A DNA stretch of 58,566 nt from a virus (lineage: Duplodnaviria > Heunggongvirae > Uroviricota > Caudoviricetes). Below, in pieces: positions 1-8,634 of the stretch. The notes under the pieces are model-generated. The model was given only the letters and a program-made list of their open reading frames with translations, made no database searches and was not told where the DNA came from. Both the position numbers and the translations under genes were made by a program. The stretch lies in IMG/VR virus record IMGVR_UViG_3300043425_000840. One strand, written 5' to 3'. Position 1 is the stretch's first letter; every line of letters starts with the position of its first letter.

Positions 1-2
1 TA

Positions 3-59
3 GACGTACAAAGACAAACTCAAATTGAGGAAGAAATAAAAAAACTTAGACAACGATAA
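3..59 (+). CDS. 3' end of an upstream gene (partial; ...DVQRQTQIEEEIKKLRQR*), coiled-coil-like
   Basis: Open frame from position 3 ending in TAA at 57-59, directly abutting the ATG at 60. Not in the ORF track. Confidence 0.55.
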   Translation, partial: DVQRQTQIEEEIKKLRQR

Positions 60-1481
60 ATGAAACATTGGATTAATAAAAATTATAAGACATTAATTAT
101 TACTGCGTTTTTAATACCAATTATTACCGTGGCGATTGTTTCAATCTCCCACGTAACTAAATGGTACGGAATTTCAAATCCGGTAACTTGGTCGGTTTAC
201 CTGTCAATTGGTATTGAGATTGCCGCATTATCCGCATTAGCTGCAATTTCTGCTAATATGGGAAAGAAGGTTTATTTTCCTTTCTTAATCGTTACCATAA
301 TCCAATTTATCGGTAACATATTTTTCGCATACTCATACATTGATATCAACAGTCAACCATTTAAAGATTGGGTTGGTTTAGTTTCACCACTTGTGGAATT
401 TATGGGTGTAGAGCCAACTGATTTTGTTGGACATAAAAGATTCTTAGCATTTTTTGCTGGTGGTATGTTACCAATCATATCATTATCATTCCTACATATG
501 TTGGTTAAATTTACCGAAGAGGATAGACTTAATGAAGTTAAAGAAGATGTTAAAGAGGAAATTGACCCGAGTGAAATTGCTAGAGTACGATTATCAGAAG
601 CTGATTTAAAGATTTTGGAAGAGGCGTTATTAAAACCACAAGAACCAAATGAAAAATTAAAAGAAGCTGCTAAGAGATATAGTGAAAAGGTCAGAGAAAA
701 TCACACACATATTGAAGATTTTGATGTTGAAGTCAAAGTAGAAAAACCATCAATATTCCCTAAAGAGGTTGAATACGATGAGGAATATACTCGTCCTGTT
801 TATACTGATGAATTTAAAGAACAACAAAAGGAAATTTTGGCGGAGATGATGAAGAATGACCAAGAGTTAGGTTTATATGAAGAACCATTCGATAACCCAA
901 TGATTAAAGAACCTGTTGTTAGTGATGATTTTACAATTGGACCCGACGGAGCATTTGAAATGACCGAAGAATTACCTGATGATAATATTTCAGATTGGGA
1001 TGTGACCCTAATGGACGGATTAGAAGATGAAGAAATTTTCCAAGAAGAACCAACACAGGAGGAAATTGAACAAAATTTTTCCACCATAATCCCCGAATCT
1101 ACAAATATTTTCCAAGAAGAATATATTCCATCATTATCTGATGAGGAAATTATGGAAATGAATCAAAATGAGTACGAGAGACTTTTGGATAATGATGAGT
1201 TTCTTACAGACGCAATAAATGAATTCAATCAACAATCAATTGAAGATGAAGTTAAGGAATCATTTGACATTTCGGTAAATGTGGTAAGTGACGAACCTGT
1301 TTATCAATCTGAGAATAAAGAGATTGATGATATAAATAAGATAATGGAAGATGCAATGTCTTTAATAAATGTCCCTCCATTAATCGAAGAGGTACAAGTC
1401 TCCAACGATTGGATAGAACCAACACCCGAAATCCCTTCACAAGATGAAGAGGAGTTAAAAAAAAAAGTTCAGGAGAGTTAG
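60..1481 (+). CDS. Membrane protein: about 4 N-terminal TM helices plus a long acidic low-complexity tail
   Basis: Hydrophobic segments TLIITAFLIPIITVAIV, VYLSIGIEIAALSALAAI, FPFLIVTIIQFIGNIFFAY and FLAFFAGGMLPIISLSFL, then about 320 E/D-rich residues. Ends LKKKVQES after an A10 run. Confidence 0.85.
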   Translation: MKHWINKNYKTLIITAFLIPIITVAIVSISHVTKWYGISNPVTWSVYLSIGIEIAALSALAAISANMGKKVYFPFLIVTIIQFIGNIFFAYSYIDINSQPFKDWVGLVSPLVEFMGVEPTDFVGHKRFLAFFAGGMLPIISLSFLHMLVKFTEEDRLNEVKEDVKEEIDPSEIARVRLSEADLKILEEALLKPQEPNEKLKEAAKRYSEKVRENHTHIEDFDVEVKVEKPSIFPKEVEYDEEYTRPVYTDEFKEQQKEILAEMMKNDQELGLYEEPFDNPMIKEPVVSDDFTIGPDGAFEMTEELPDDNISDWDVTLMDGLEDEEIFQEEPTQEEIEQNFSTIIPESTNIFQEEYIPSLSDEEIMEMNQNEYERLLDNDEFLTDAINEFNQQSIEDEVKESFDISVNVVSDEPVYQSENKEIDDINKIMEDAMSLINVPPLIEEVQVSNDWIEPTPEIPSQDEEELKKKVQES

Positions 1482-1723
1482 AAGAAGAGTCGGAAACCAC
1501 ATTTTTATCGACACCATCCCCTACGACCTCGGAGGATTTTGATGAACTCTATTTAGAGTCGGATGAAACTAACCCCCTCCAAATAATATATGATTTAGAT
1601 AACGATAGAGTAATTGTCCCAACATCAGACGAAGATTCGGTTATTGAAGAACAGACCCTAAATCCCGCTAGAAAAACATTTAGAAGAAATGTTGGAAATT
1701 CAAGACGTAGAAATTCTCGATAA
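1466..1723 (+). CDS. Start-less -1-frame continuation of the 60..1481 gene (putative frameshift extension, about 85 aa)
   Basis: After TTA AAA AAA AAA G (A run 1457-1466) the -1 frame is open to TAA at 1721-1723. It encodes SSGELEEESETTFLSTPSPTTSEDFDELYLESDE...RRNSR, has the same acidic composition and contains no in-frame ATG. Confidence 0.6.
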   Translation, partial: SSGELEEESETTFLSTPSPTTSEDFDELYLESDETNPLQIIYDLDNDRVIVPTSDEDSVIEEQTLNPARKTFRRNVGNSRRRNSR

Positions 1724-2306
1724 GAGTAAGTTAAATATTGTAAGAAAACGTAGTAAAAAAACACAAATCCTATTATACGACACCAAAAGAAGAGTGGATA
1801 ATTTCATTTTGAAATTAAAACACAGGAAAAATGGTAAGTACGAAGATATCCCACACTTCATTATAACCAAAATGGGGGTGGTTTATCAGTTGTTTGATAC
1901 AAAGTATAGCTCAAACACTTTTAACGACTCTAATGTCGATAAGAAACAGATTAAGATAGCAATGGAGAACCTCGGATGGTTGAACAAAAACACCATTACA
2001 GGATTCCTCAATAATTGGATTGGTGACCCCTATAGAACAGACCCCCACATAAGAAATTGGAGAAATCATTATTTTTGGGATAAGTACACCGAAGAACAAA
2101 AATCCGCACTTGTTAACCTATGTTCAGTACTATGTGACGAACATAACATCCCTTACCATACGGTACCATCGCAGGGTTATATCGAAAACTTAACAAAATT
2201 CAGGGGAATTGTATGTAAATCCAACTTTCTGAATATTTATACAGATATAAACCCATCATTCGATTTTAGAATATTTTATAGCGATGCAAAAGAATACAAC
2301 AAATAG
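1689..2306 (+). CDS. N-acetylmuramoyl-L-alanine amidase (Amidase_2/PGRP)-like protein, possibly with a degenerate Zn site
   Basis: IPHFIITKMGVVYQL, IAMENLG, YTEEQKSALVNLCSVLCDEHNIP and TDINP follow the Amidase_2 layout. The expected first and last Zn-binding His positions read LLYDT and VCKSN. Confidence 0.6.
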   Translation: MLEIQDVEILDKSKLNIVRKRSKKTQILLYDTKRRVDNFILKLKHRKNGKYEDIPHFIITKMGVVYQLFDTKYSSNTFNDSNVDKKQIKIAMENLGWLNKNTITGFLNNWIGDPYRTDPHIRNWRNHYFWDKYTEEQKSALVNLCSVLCDEHNIPYHTVPSQGYIENLTKFRGIVCKSNFLNIYTDINPSFDFRIFYSDAKEYNK

Positions 2307-2835
2307 TTACGACGAGATAAAAGGTATGTTGAATACTATGAGAAAATTCAACAAACCTACCTCAAATAGAAACCTTAGAGAACAAGCCGAATTAGGTACT
2401 AACCCTACTCCGACCAATCCACAACCACAACCACAACCACAACAAGCTGGAGGTGATGAGAAGAAGGACTTCACAATTGTGAATGGTGTCGAAGTACGTT
2501 TCAATTCTACCGATACCCAAGATTTACAAATGAAAGATGATGAGAAGACCAAAGTTTCTGCTCTTATCGATGCGTTTCGTAATGAGGTTTCAGAAATTGC
2601 CGAACTTGGTCAAATGATGGTTTATCCTGATAGTGTTAAATTAGAAGGTGTTATCGGTAATTTCAATATTAATTTCACATTGTCGGCTGGTGATGATAAT
2701 GGTGTATACATTTCAAATGCTTCATTATTAAAGTTAAGTGATGAGGTTATGGAGATTTTAAATAAACTTAAGAGGTTTGAGATGAAATTCACTGATGAAA
2801 TGAATAACTTAATTTTAACAAGAAGACAAAATTAA
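2284..2835 (+). CDS. Hypothetical phage protein with a PQ linker
   Basis: 183 aa ORF overlapping the previous stop, with typical codon usage. Confidence 0.75.
   Translation: MQKNTTNSYDEIKGMLNTMRKFNKPTSNRNLREQAELGTNPTPTNPQPQPQPQQAGGDEKKDFTIVNGVEVRFNSTDTQDLQMKDDEKTKVSALIDAFRNEVSEIAELGQMMVYPDSVKLEGVIGNFNINFTLSAGDDNGVYISNASLLKLSDEVMEILNKLKRFEMKFTDEMNNLILTRRQN
2419..2442 (+). repeat. (CCACAA)4 tandem hexamer encoding PQPQPQPQ
   Basis: Four exact copies read directly. Confidence 0.9.
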
Positions 2836-2836
2836 T

Positions 2837-3076
2837 ATGCCACTTACAGCAGCAGATAAAGCCGAAGTAGAAAGAATTGCAAGAAAAGAGATGAAAGACT
2901 TTCTTGATACAACTCAGGCTCATAATATAGTTATCAAAGTCATCCAAAAAGAATTGGGTACCAAAAAAATTGACGATAAAATCGTCGACCTATCAACTAA
3001 GGTTGTAGTTGAATTATTCAAGACTCTATGGCAAAGAAAGTCTTTTTGGGAATCGTCATTAAAAAATGTTAGATAA
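2837..3076 (+). CDS. Hypothetical helical protein (79 aa)
   Basis: ORF tightly coupled to both neighbours. Confidence 0.75.
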   Translation: MPLTAADKAEVERIARKEMKDFLDTTQAHNIVIKVIQKELGTKKIDDKIVDLSTKVVVELFKTLWQRKSFWESSLKNVR

Positions 3077-4658
3077 TTTAAAATATAGAAAACCCAACTT
3101 CAACCGAGAATGGTTAGAAGCTAACAGATATCCGGAATTTCAAGATATAGGGAAATCAGGATGGTTAGAACTTGCACCAAATGGAAGTGTTGTTAGATAT
3201 TCAAAAATTAAGGATGTTCTTGGGAATGTTAATTTAGATTTTGATTCATTAGAAAAAGATAAAAAACTGAGATTTATTGAGGCCTATAAAACAGGTGTGG
3301 TTGAAGTACCTATTGCCGTTAAATTTAATGATTTCGAATATGATTTATTAGGTGGTAACACCAGATTAGCGGGATTAATTAGAATAGGACACGACCCTAA
3401 GATTTGGGTAGTCCAAGCACCTGGTTGGGATTATGATGATTCTGAAGAATCTCTTGGTGAAGAAATTGAAGGTGGATTATCGGACAACAAAACACTAATT
3501 CAAATAGCTAAAAAACACGACGCTAAAGGTTATTATCATATTCAAGATATGATTAAATCTTTAAGAAAAGAATTGAATATGGGTGTTAAAATTGAGATGG
3601 AACACACCGATAGTGAAGAAATTGCTAAAGAAATTGCAATGGACCACTTATGGGAAAACCCATCATACTATACAGAATTAAAGAAAGCACAGATTGAAGA
3701 GGATTGTTGGGATGGATATAAACAAGTTGGCGGTAAAATGAAGAACGGTAAAATGGTTCCTAATTGTGTCCCAACTAATGAATCCACAGAAGAAATAAAT
3801 GAAGGTGAAAACCAACCAACAAATCCATCACTATGGTCAAGAGCAAAATCTATGGCTAAATCAAAATTTGATGTTTACCCAAGTGCATATGCTAATGGAT
3901 GGGCAGCAAAGTGGTATAAATCAAAAGGTGGAGGATGGAAGAAGAAATCCAAGAACGAATCTACAGAAGAATTAAGTGAGGATTTAAGAAGATGGTTTAA
4001 GGAAAAATGGGTAGATGTTAGTAAAAAGGTAGACGGTAAACACCCACCTTGTGGTAGAAAAGATGCTGATGGTAAGTCATATCCAAAATGTAGACCATCA
4101 AAAAAGATTTCTAAAGAAACACCAAAAGTTGCATCTTCATATGATAAAGATGAAAAGAAAGCAATGACCCAACAAAAAAGGAGGGCCGAGAAAGAAGAAC
4201 CTAAAGTTGGAAAGGGTAACAAACCTACAATGACTCACTTTGATGAAATGACAGGAGCGGCATCGGCAGGTGCGTTTTCAGCACCAATGTCATTTACTAA
4301 GAAAGATTTAAAGGAAGCTATGGACGCTGGTATTTCTGCAGCAGCCGCTTTTGATGTACCGTTGTTTGGTGCAACAACCAAAGGAGGTAGAAAGGACCCA
4401 CTTAAGATTGATGGTCCCGAAAGTATTGGTAAGAGTAGAGCGGTTAAGGATAAATCATTCCCGAAGTTCGGAGGACCTGGTGGAATTTTTATAAAAATTA
4501 AGGATAAGTGTAAAAAGTTTCCATATTGTAACCAAGGAGACATAAATGCTATTGAAATACTGAGAGAAACCATAGAAGATACCGCAAAAAAACACGGATT
4601 ACCTATTGGTGAGGTTGAAAAAATTGTATTAAAAGGAATTAAAGATATATTTATTTAG
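3066..4658 (+). CDS. Modular phage protein: ParB-like N-terminus, DUF5661-like module and several Cys/basic modules; probable internal head protein
   Basis: PIAV...LLGGNTRL (ParB-like); ELNMGVKIEMEHT...IAMDHLWENPSYYTELK (DUF5661-like); CWDGYKQVG..MKNGKMVPNCVP; PTNPSLWSRAK...PSAYANGW; LRRWFKEKWVD...CGR...PKCRP; CKKFPYCNQG. These modules resemble those of T4-like and jumbo phages. Confidence 0.7.
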   Translation: MLDNLKYRKPNFNREWLEANRYPEFQDIGKSGWLELAPNGSVVRYSKIKDVLGNVNLDFDSLEKDKKLRFIEAYKTGVVEVPIAVKFNDFEYDLLGGNTRLAGLIRIGHDPKIWVVQAPGWDYDDSEESLGEEIEGGLSDNKTLIQIAKKHDAKGYYHIQDMIKSLRKELNMGVKIEMEHTDSEEIAKEIAMDHLWENPSYYTELKKAQIEEDCWDGYKQVGGKMKNGKMVPNCVPTNESTEEINEGENQPTNPSLWSRAKSMAKSKFDVYPSAYANGWAAKWYKSKGGGWKKKSKNESTEELSEDLRRWFKEKWVDVSKKVDGKHPPCGRKDADGKSYPKCRPSKKISKETPKVASSYDKDEKKAMTQQKRRAEKEEPKVGKGNKPTMTHFDEMTGAASAGAFSAPMSFTKKDLKEAMDAGISAAAAFDVPLFGATTKGGRKDPLKIDGPESIGKSRAVKDKSFPKFGGPGGIFIKIKDKCKKFPYCNQGDINAIEILRETIEDTAKKHGLPIGEVEKIVLKGIKDIFI

Positions 4659-4659
4659 T

Positions 4660-6078
4660 ATGAAAACAACAGAAATTAGAAATATCATTGATGAGGTTTT
4701 AAACGAAGAAGTTAAAAACGCCATCACAAACGAAGGAGGAACAACTAAAAGAGTGAAATACCACGTTACTTGTGAAGGTGAACCATTAGCAACATTCGAT
4801 ACTCTTGATGAGGCTAAGGAATATTGTGAAAAGAATAAAGACGGTGAGTTAAAAGGTAAGAAGAAATTACTTATCGATAAAAAAACTTATGGGTCATATC
4901 AAGAGATGATAGACCATCTTGATGAGATTGCACAATCATTAGAAGAAAAAGAAAGCACTGATTTAAATGAAATGTTTCGTCAACCGGAAATGTACGATAA
5001 CTATGACGACACAATGGATGAAGTAAAAAATAAAGTAGACGAGTGGTTAGAAATGGGAAAAATCGATGAACAAGAACATTATGAAATGATGTCAAGAATC
5101 GATAGTGAAGATTTAGATTGGCCAACAGGAGCTGGTGAAAATGAAACAAAACACATACTTAAATCATTAGCAAGAGAATGTGCACCTCATTTATTAAAAA
5201 AGAAAAAAGAAACAGAAAATATGGAAAATCAAGAACCAATGGAAGGTAATGGATATATCAAAGCAATGTTAGACGCTAAAGAAAAAGGTGAAGATACATT
5301 TGATTTTGATGGTGAAACTCACGACGTTAAAGAAGTGTATAGTCAATTAGAGGAAGAAGAAGGTATGTGTGAAGGAAGTGGATGTTCAGGTGAAATGAAC
5401 GAAGGCTCCGAAATGTGTGAACAATGTGGAAACACATTAATGGAAGATGGTAGTTGTAGTGAATGTTCAAAGCAAATGAACGAATCAAAAAAGAAAAAAG
5501 TAAGATTAACTGAAAAAGAGTTAACCGAATTGATTGGTAAATTAGTTTTAGAATCAATACCAGGTTTAGAGGCAGTTAAAAAATCACACGGACAATCATC
5601 TGGTCAAGATTTAAAAGATAGCACAAAAAAGATTGATGATTATTTAAATTTTTCAGGTAACACAGACTCTGAATTCCCAAATCAAAATGGTGCTGAAGAA
5701 GATAAAGAAGCGTACAGAAACACTAGTGATGAAGAAGAATTTGTTGACACTTACAGAGGTAAGGGTTTACAAGATTTAGACTACGATAATAAACCTTCTA
5801 AAGAGTTTATTGATAGATTGAGAATGGCATTGGAAGGTGATTCTAAAATGGGTAATGGTCAAAAAGACACAGCTAACACAACACCAAGTAAGGTTGGTGA
5901 AAAAATGTTTAAATCAATAGATAAAGAAAAGAAAACAAGAAAGGCAGAACCTATGTATAAAAAGGACCCTGCACCGACTACTGAAGTAAACGAATCTGAA
6001 CAAACGTCAAAAAAATTAGTTTCTGAAGAAATTCAGAGAATTAAAAATATGACAAACTACAATAAGAAAACTCAGTAA
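4660..6078 (+). CDS. Acidic modular protein with a Cys cluster (CEQC...CSEC); probable head/scaffold-associated protein
   Basis: 472 aa and E-rich, with many (L/M/V)xE sites; ends LVSEEIQRIKNMTNYNKKTQ. TATTTAT at 4648-4654 lies just upstream. Confidence 0.7.
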   Translation: MKTTEIRNIIDEVLNEEVKNAITNEGGTTKRVKYHVTCEGEPLATFDTLDEAKEYCEKNKDGELKGKKKLLIDKKTYGSYQEMIDHLDEIAQSLEEKESTDLNEMFRQPEMYDNYDDTMDEVKNKVDEWLEMGKIDEQEHYEMMSRIDSEDLDWPTGAGENETKHILKSLARECAPHLLKKKKETENMENQEPMEGNGYIKAMLDAKEKGEDTFDFDGETHDVKEVYSQLEEEEGMCEGSGCSGEMNEGSEMCEQCGNTLMEDGSCSECSKQMNESKKKKVRLTEKELTELIGKLVLESIPGLEAVKKSHGQSSGQDLKDSTKKIDDYLNFSGNTDSEFPNQNGAEEDKEAYRNTSDEEEFVDTYRGKGLQDLDYDNKPSKEFIDRLRMALEGDSKMGNGQKDTANTTPSKVGEKMFKSIDKEKKTRKAEPMYKKDPAPTTEVNESEQTSKKLVSEEIQRIKNMTNYNKKTQ

Positions 6079-6128
6079 TTTACTTTTTTTTCTATTCTTT
6101 TATCTTTATATTTTAATGTAGTAAAGAT

Positions 6129-6584
6129 ATGGAGAATACAGAAGGGTATATTGAGTTTGTCACATCTGAAAGTAACAAGAATCAATTAGATATTTGGTAT
6201 AAAGCTTATAATATAACTCTGGAAAAAACAGAGTTATATTATGATTTTTTAATATCGTTATTAGATATAATTGAAGAAACTTATTTAGGTAATGATGTTT
6301 TAACATCACAACAAGACATACAGAATCACTTTACTTGGTGTTTCGATAAACTCATAACAAATTTCCAAAAAGAAAATATTATTTTTAAAGAAAGAGGTCC
6401 TCACTATGAGTACCTATGGTTATTCTTTTACGAAGCGTTCTATATCACTGATTCTGAAGGTGGTATAATAAGAATACGTGAATACTTTTATAAATTATTC
6501 AATTTTAACTACAGAAAAACTAGGTCTGAATTAGATATGTTGACTGAGTTTTATAAAATGTTAGACCAAAACTTGAAAAAGTGA
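6129..6584 (+). CDS. Hypothetical aromatic-rich helical protein
   Basis: 151 aa ORF after a T-rich intergenic gap. Confidence 0.75.
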   Translation: MENTEGYIEFVTSESNKNQLDIWYKAYNITLEKTELYYDFLISLLDIIEETYLGNDVLTSQQDIQNHFTWCFDKLITNFQKENIIFKERGPHYEYLWLFFYEAFYITDSEGGIIRIREYFYKLFNFNYRKTRSELDMLTEFYKMLDQNLKK

Positions 6585-6603
6585 ATTTTTTCCTCTATAT
6601 TAG
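6572..6603 (+). promoter_or_regulatory. Bacteroidota sigmaA-like promoter (CTTG-N20-TATATTAG)
   Basis: Matches the -33 TTTG / -7 TAnnTTTG consensus with a 20-nt spacer, 21 nt before the Hc1-like gene. Confidence 0.5.
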
Positions 6604-6624
6604 TATTAAAAACCGAATAATAAT

Positions 6625-6813
6625 ATGGAGACTTTAAAAAAAATCAAAGACTTGGTTGAAAAAATGTCTGTTGATACCCAAAAAGTTTATGAAAAGGGTA
6701 ATCGAAGTGCGTCTATTCGAGCAAGGAAATATGCACAAGAAATCAAACAATTGATTGGTGTGTATAGAAGAGAAGTTTTAGAAGAAATTAAAAAGTATGA
6801 TGATAAAAATTGA
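6625..6813 (+). CDS. Histone H1-like nucleoid protein, Hc1 family (short Bacteroidota type)
   Basis: EKGNRSASIRARK...IGVYRREVLE matches the Hc1 core (EKGNKAA..RxR....K.FRK.SL). Confidence 0.7.
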   Translation: METLKKIKDLVEKMSVDTQKVYEKGNRSASIRARKYAQEIKQLIGVYRREVLEEIKKYDDKN

Positions 6814-6988
6814 GTTGTTCCTACTTGTATTAAGTTTGGTGTTCACACTTAGATTTGTGTTTGAATTTATTTTAACACTTAGAGAAGAAGACCCCGAACC
6901 AATGAACGTTTCTAAAACAAATCAAGTGTTTTTATATTTTGCTGTGTCATATATACTAACATCAATAATAAACATTTTCATAAATTAA
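6797..6988 (+). CDS. Small membrane protein with 2 TM helices
   Basis: LFLLVLSLVFTLRFVFEFIL and VFLYFAVSYILTSIINIF. Confidence 0.7.
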   Translation: MMIKIELFLLVLSLVFTLRFVFEFILTLREEDPEPMNVSKTNQVFLYFAVSYILTSIINIFIN

Positions 6989-6994
6989 AATTTA

Positions 6995-7450
6995 GTGTAC
7001 GAAAATATAAAAGGTCTAAGACCATATTTCTTTTCACTACGTGAAATTGATAGTAACGTTAGTTTAGATATAAAATTTCCACTAAGTTGGAAGTATGAAC
7101 AAATTATATCTCAATATAAGTTGGTGAAAGCAAAGGTACAAGATAAAAACGATAAGTTTCATTTAGTATCTTTAATTTCAACCGCAACACAAGAAGGATA
7201 TGACGTGGTTTTTGCTTGTGCAAACGAAGTTGTTGTTATCAACAAAGAAGAAGAAGAGAAACAAAGACTATTCCAATTAAAAGTAAAAGAATTACAGGCA
7301 TTATTCCAAAATCAATCATTAGATAAATTAAAAGAAATAAGCTTTATTGATACTTATGGACAAGAAGATTCAACAGGGATTAGAGTGGTTGGAGAAAGAG
7401 CAGACGAAGGACTTGAAGGAGATACAGGAACACAAGAAGAAGATGATTAA
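6995..7450 (+). CDS. Hypothetical protein (GTG start)
   Basis: 151 aa ORF in a tightly packed run. Confidence 0.7.
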   Translation: MYENIKGLRPYFFSLREIDSNVSLDIKFPLSWKYEQIISQYKLVKAKVQDKNDKFHLVSLISTATQEGYDVVFACANEVVVINKEEEEKQRLFQLKVKELQALFQNQSLDKLKEISFIDTYGQEDSTGIRVVGERADEGLEGDTGTQEEDD

Positions 7451-7559
7451 GGAAATTACATCTTTTGATAAGTCCAAAATGTTCGAACCGAAACCAAAAA
7501 ATAAAACATCGTTCTTTAAAAAAATACTAATGGTATTGGGTTATGGAAAAAAAAGGTAA
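7356..7559 (+). CDS. Small basic hypothetical protein
   Basis: The ATG at 7356 (MDKKIQQGLEW...) is preferred to the track start at 7347. Overlaps the previous gene by about 95 nt. Confidence 0.6.
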   Translation: MDKKIQQGLEWLEKEQTKDLKEIQEHKKKMIKEITSFDKSKMFEPKPKNKTSFFKKILMVLGYGKKR

Positions 7560-7776
7560 TTTTTTTAATCAAATTGCGATAATATCAGACTTATTAGAAA
7601 AAATAAATTTAGAATCGGAATCAAGAACAGTAATCTTTGAATTAAAAGAAGAGGAGTTCGACAGAATATTCAAATTAAACGTAGAGAAGACAAAACAAAA
7701 AATTAGTCCTGTCACCAATAAGTTCTCAATAAAAATCGGAGATGTGGATATTGTGTTTAGTAAGAGTAATGCCTAA
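7543..7776 (+). CDS. Hypothetical protein (77 aa)
   Basis: Last + strand ORF before a convergent gene. Confidence 0.65.
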   Translation: MEKKGNFFNQIAIISDLLEKINLESESRTVIFELKEEEFDRIFKLNVEKTKQKISPVTNKFSIKIGDVDIVFSKSNA

Positions 7777-8395
7777 ATAATTCTGTTCTTTTATACCCTT
7801 TAGCAACTAACAAATCATACAACATTCTTCTTTGATGTGTCGTCACATCCTTAACGAAGATAAAATTATTTCTCTTTCTCTTTAACAAATCTTCACGAAT
7901 AATATTAAATAGACGAATTGAATCGTCTATATTTTTATTACCGAACATCCTCACATCATTATCTACCTGAACAAATATTTTATTATTTAGAGTGAAGACT
8001 TGAGCAATGTCTTTCACGGTGAGTATATACTCCATCATTTCGTGGTAACGAATCCTTTTCTTATTGTCAAAATCATATATTAATTCCTCAATCCAATAAG
8101 GAATTATTTCTTTGACCCTTTCATTCTCGTTACTTAGTTTAACCTCTTCATTTCTACCCAATTCGTCTTTAACATACGTTTTAGTGGACCATCTGGTTTT
8201 GGGATAGATTAACGCCAACTCATATTTGGTATTAGTTCTTTTTTTCCCTGAATTTGTCTTTACGTAAGGTGGTTTTTTCTGCGTCTTTAATTCCTGCCAA
8301 ATTTCAGTGATAGTACTTCTTTTTGCGGACTTGTGTATTAATTTCTTTCTTTTTCTATTACAAAAAAGTACTATGAAGTATTTGTAATTAATCAT
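7757..8395 (-). CDS. Hypothetical basic protein
   Basis: 212 aa K/R-rich ORF; the only long frame in the interval. Confidence 0.75.
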   Translation of the reverse strand: MINYKYFIVLFCNRKRKKLIHKSAKRSTITEIWQELKTQKKPPYVKTNSGKKRTNTKYELALIYPKTRWSTKTYVKDELGRNEEVKLSNENERVKEIIPYWIEELIYDFDNKKRIRYHEMMEYILTVKDIAQVFTLNNKIFVQVDNDVRMFGNKNIDDSIRLFNIIREDLLKRKRNNFIFVKDVTTHQRRMLYDLLVAKGYKRTELFRHYSY

Positions 8396-8544
8396 AACAA
8401 GAATCTGATTAAGGACACCAACCCATAAATAGCAAGACCTCCCACTATGATTAAACCAATAAAAACCGTCTTAGCGATTTTATCAGTTTCATCATAGTAC
8501 TTTTTATCCTCCTCACGTATTTTTTTACATTCTGAACAAGCCAT
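8392..8544 (-). CDS. 50-aa CxxC plus C-terminal TM micro-protein (MACSECKKIREEDKKYYDETDKIAKTVFIGLIIVGGLAIYGLVSLIRFLL)
   Basis: Translated by hand. ATGA overlap with the 7757..8395 gene; a promoter lies directly upstream. Not in the ORF track. Confidence 0.7.
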   Translation of the reverse strand: MACSECKKIREEDKKYYDETDKIAKTVFIGLIIVGGLAIYGLVSLIRFLL

Positions 8545-8547
8545 ATT

Positions 8548-8579
8548 AAAATATAACTATTTCCGAGATAAAAATCAAA
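8548..8579 (-). promoter_or_regulatory. Bacteroidota sigmaA-like promoter (TTTG-N20-TATATTTT), minus strand
   Basis: The reverse strand reads TTTG atttttatctcggaaatagt TATATTTT aat ATG. Confidence 0.55.
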
Positions 8580-8634
8580 CCCATTTCTTTTTCTCATTTT
8601 TTTTATTTATATTTTTTTTATAACCTAAATTTTT

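Noticed and set aside
6062-6092. Possible terminator after the 4660..6078 gene (AGTAA-T-TTACT plus T run)
   Set aside because: The stem is short and AU-only with an impossible 1-nt loop; the T tract may belong to the next promoter.
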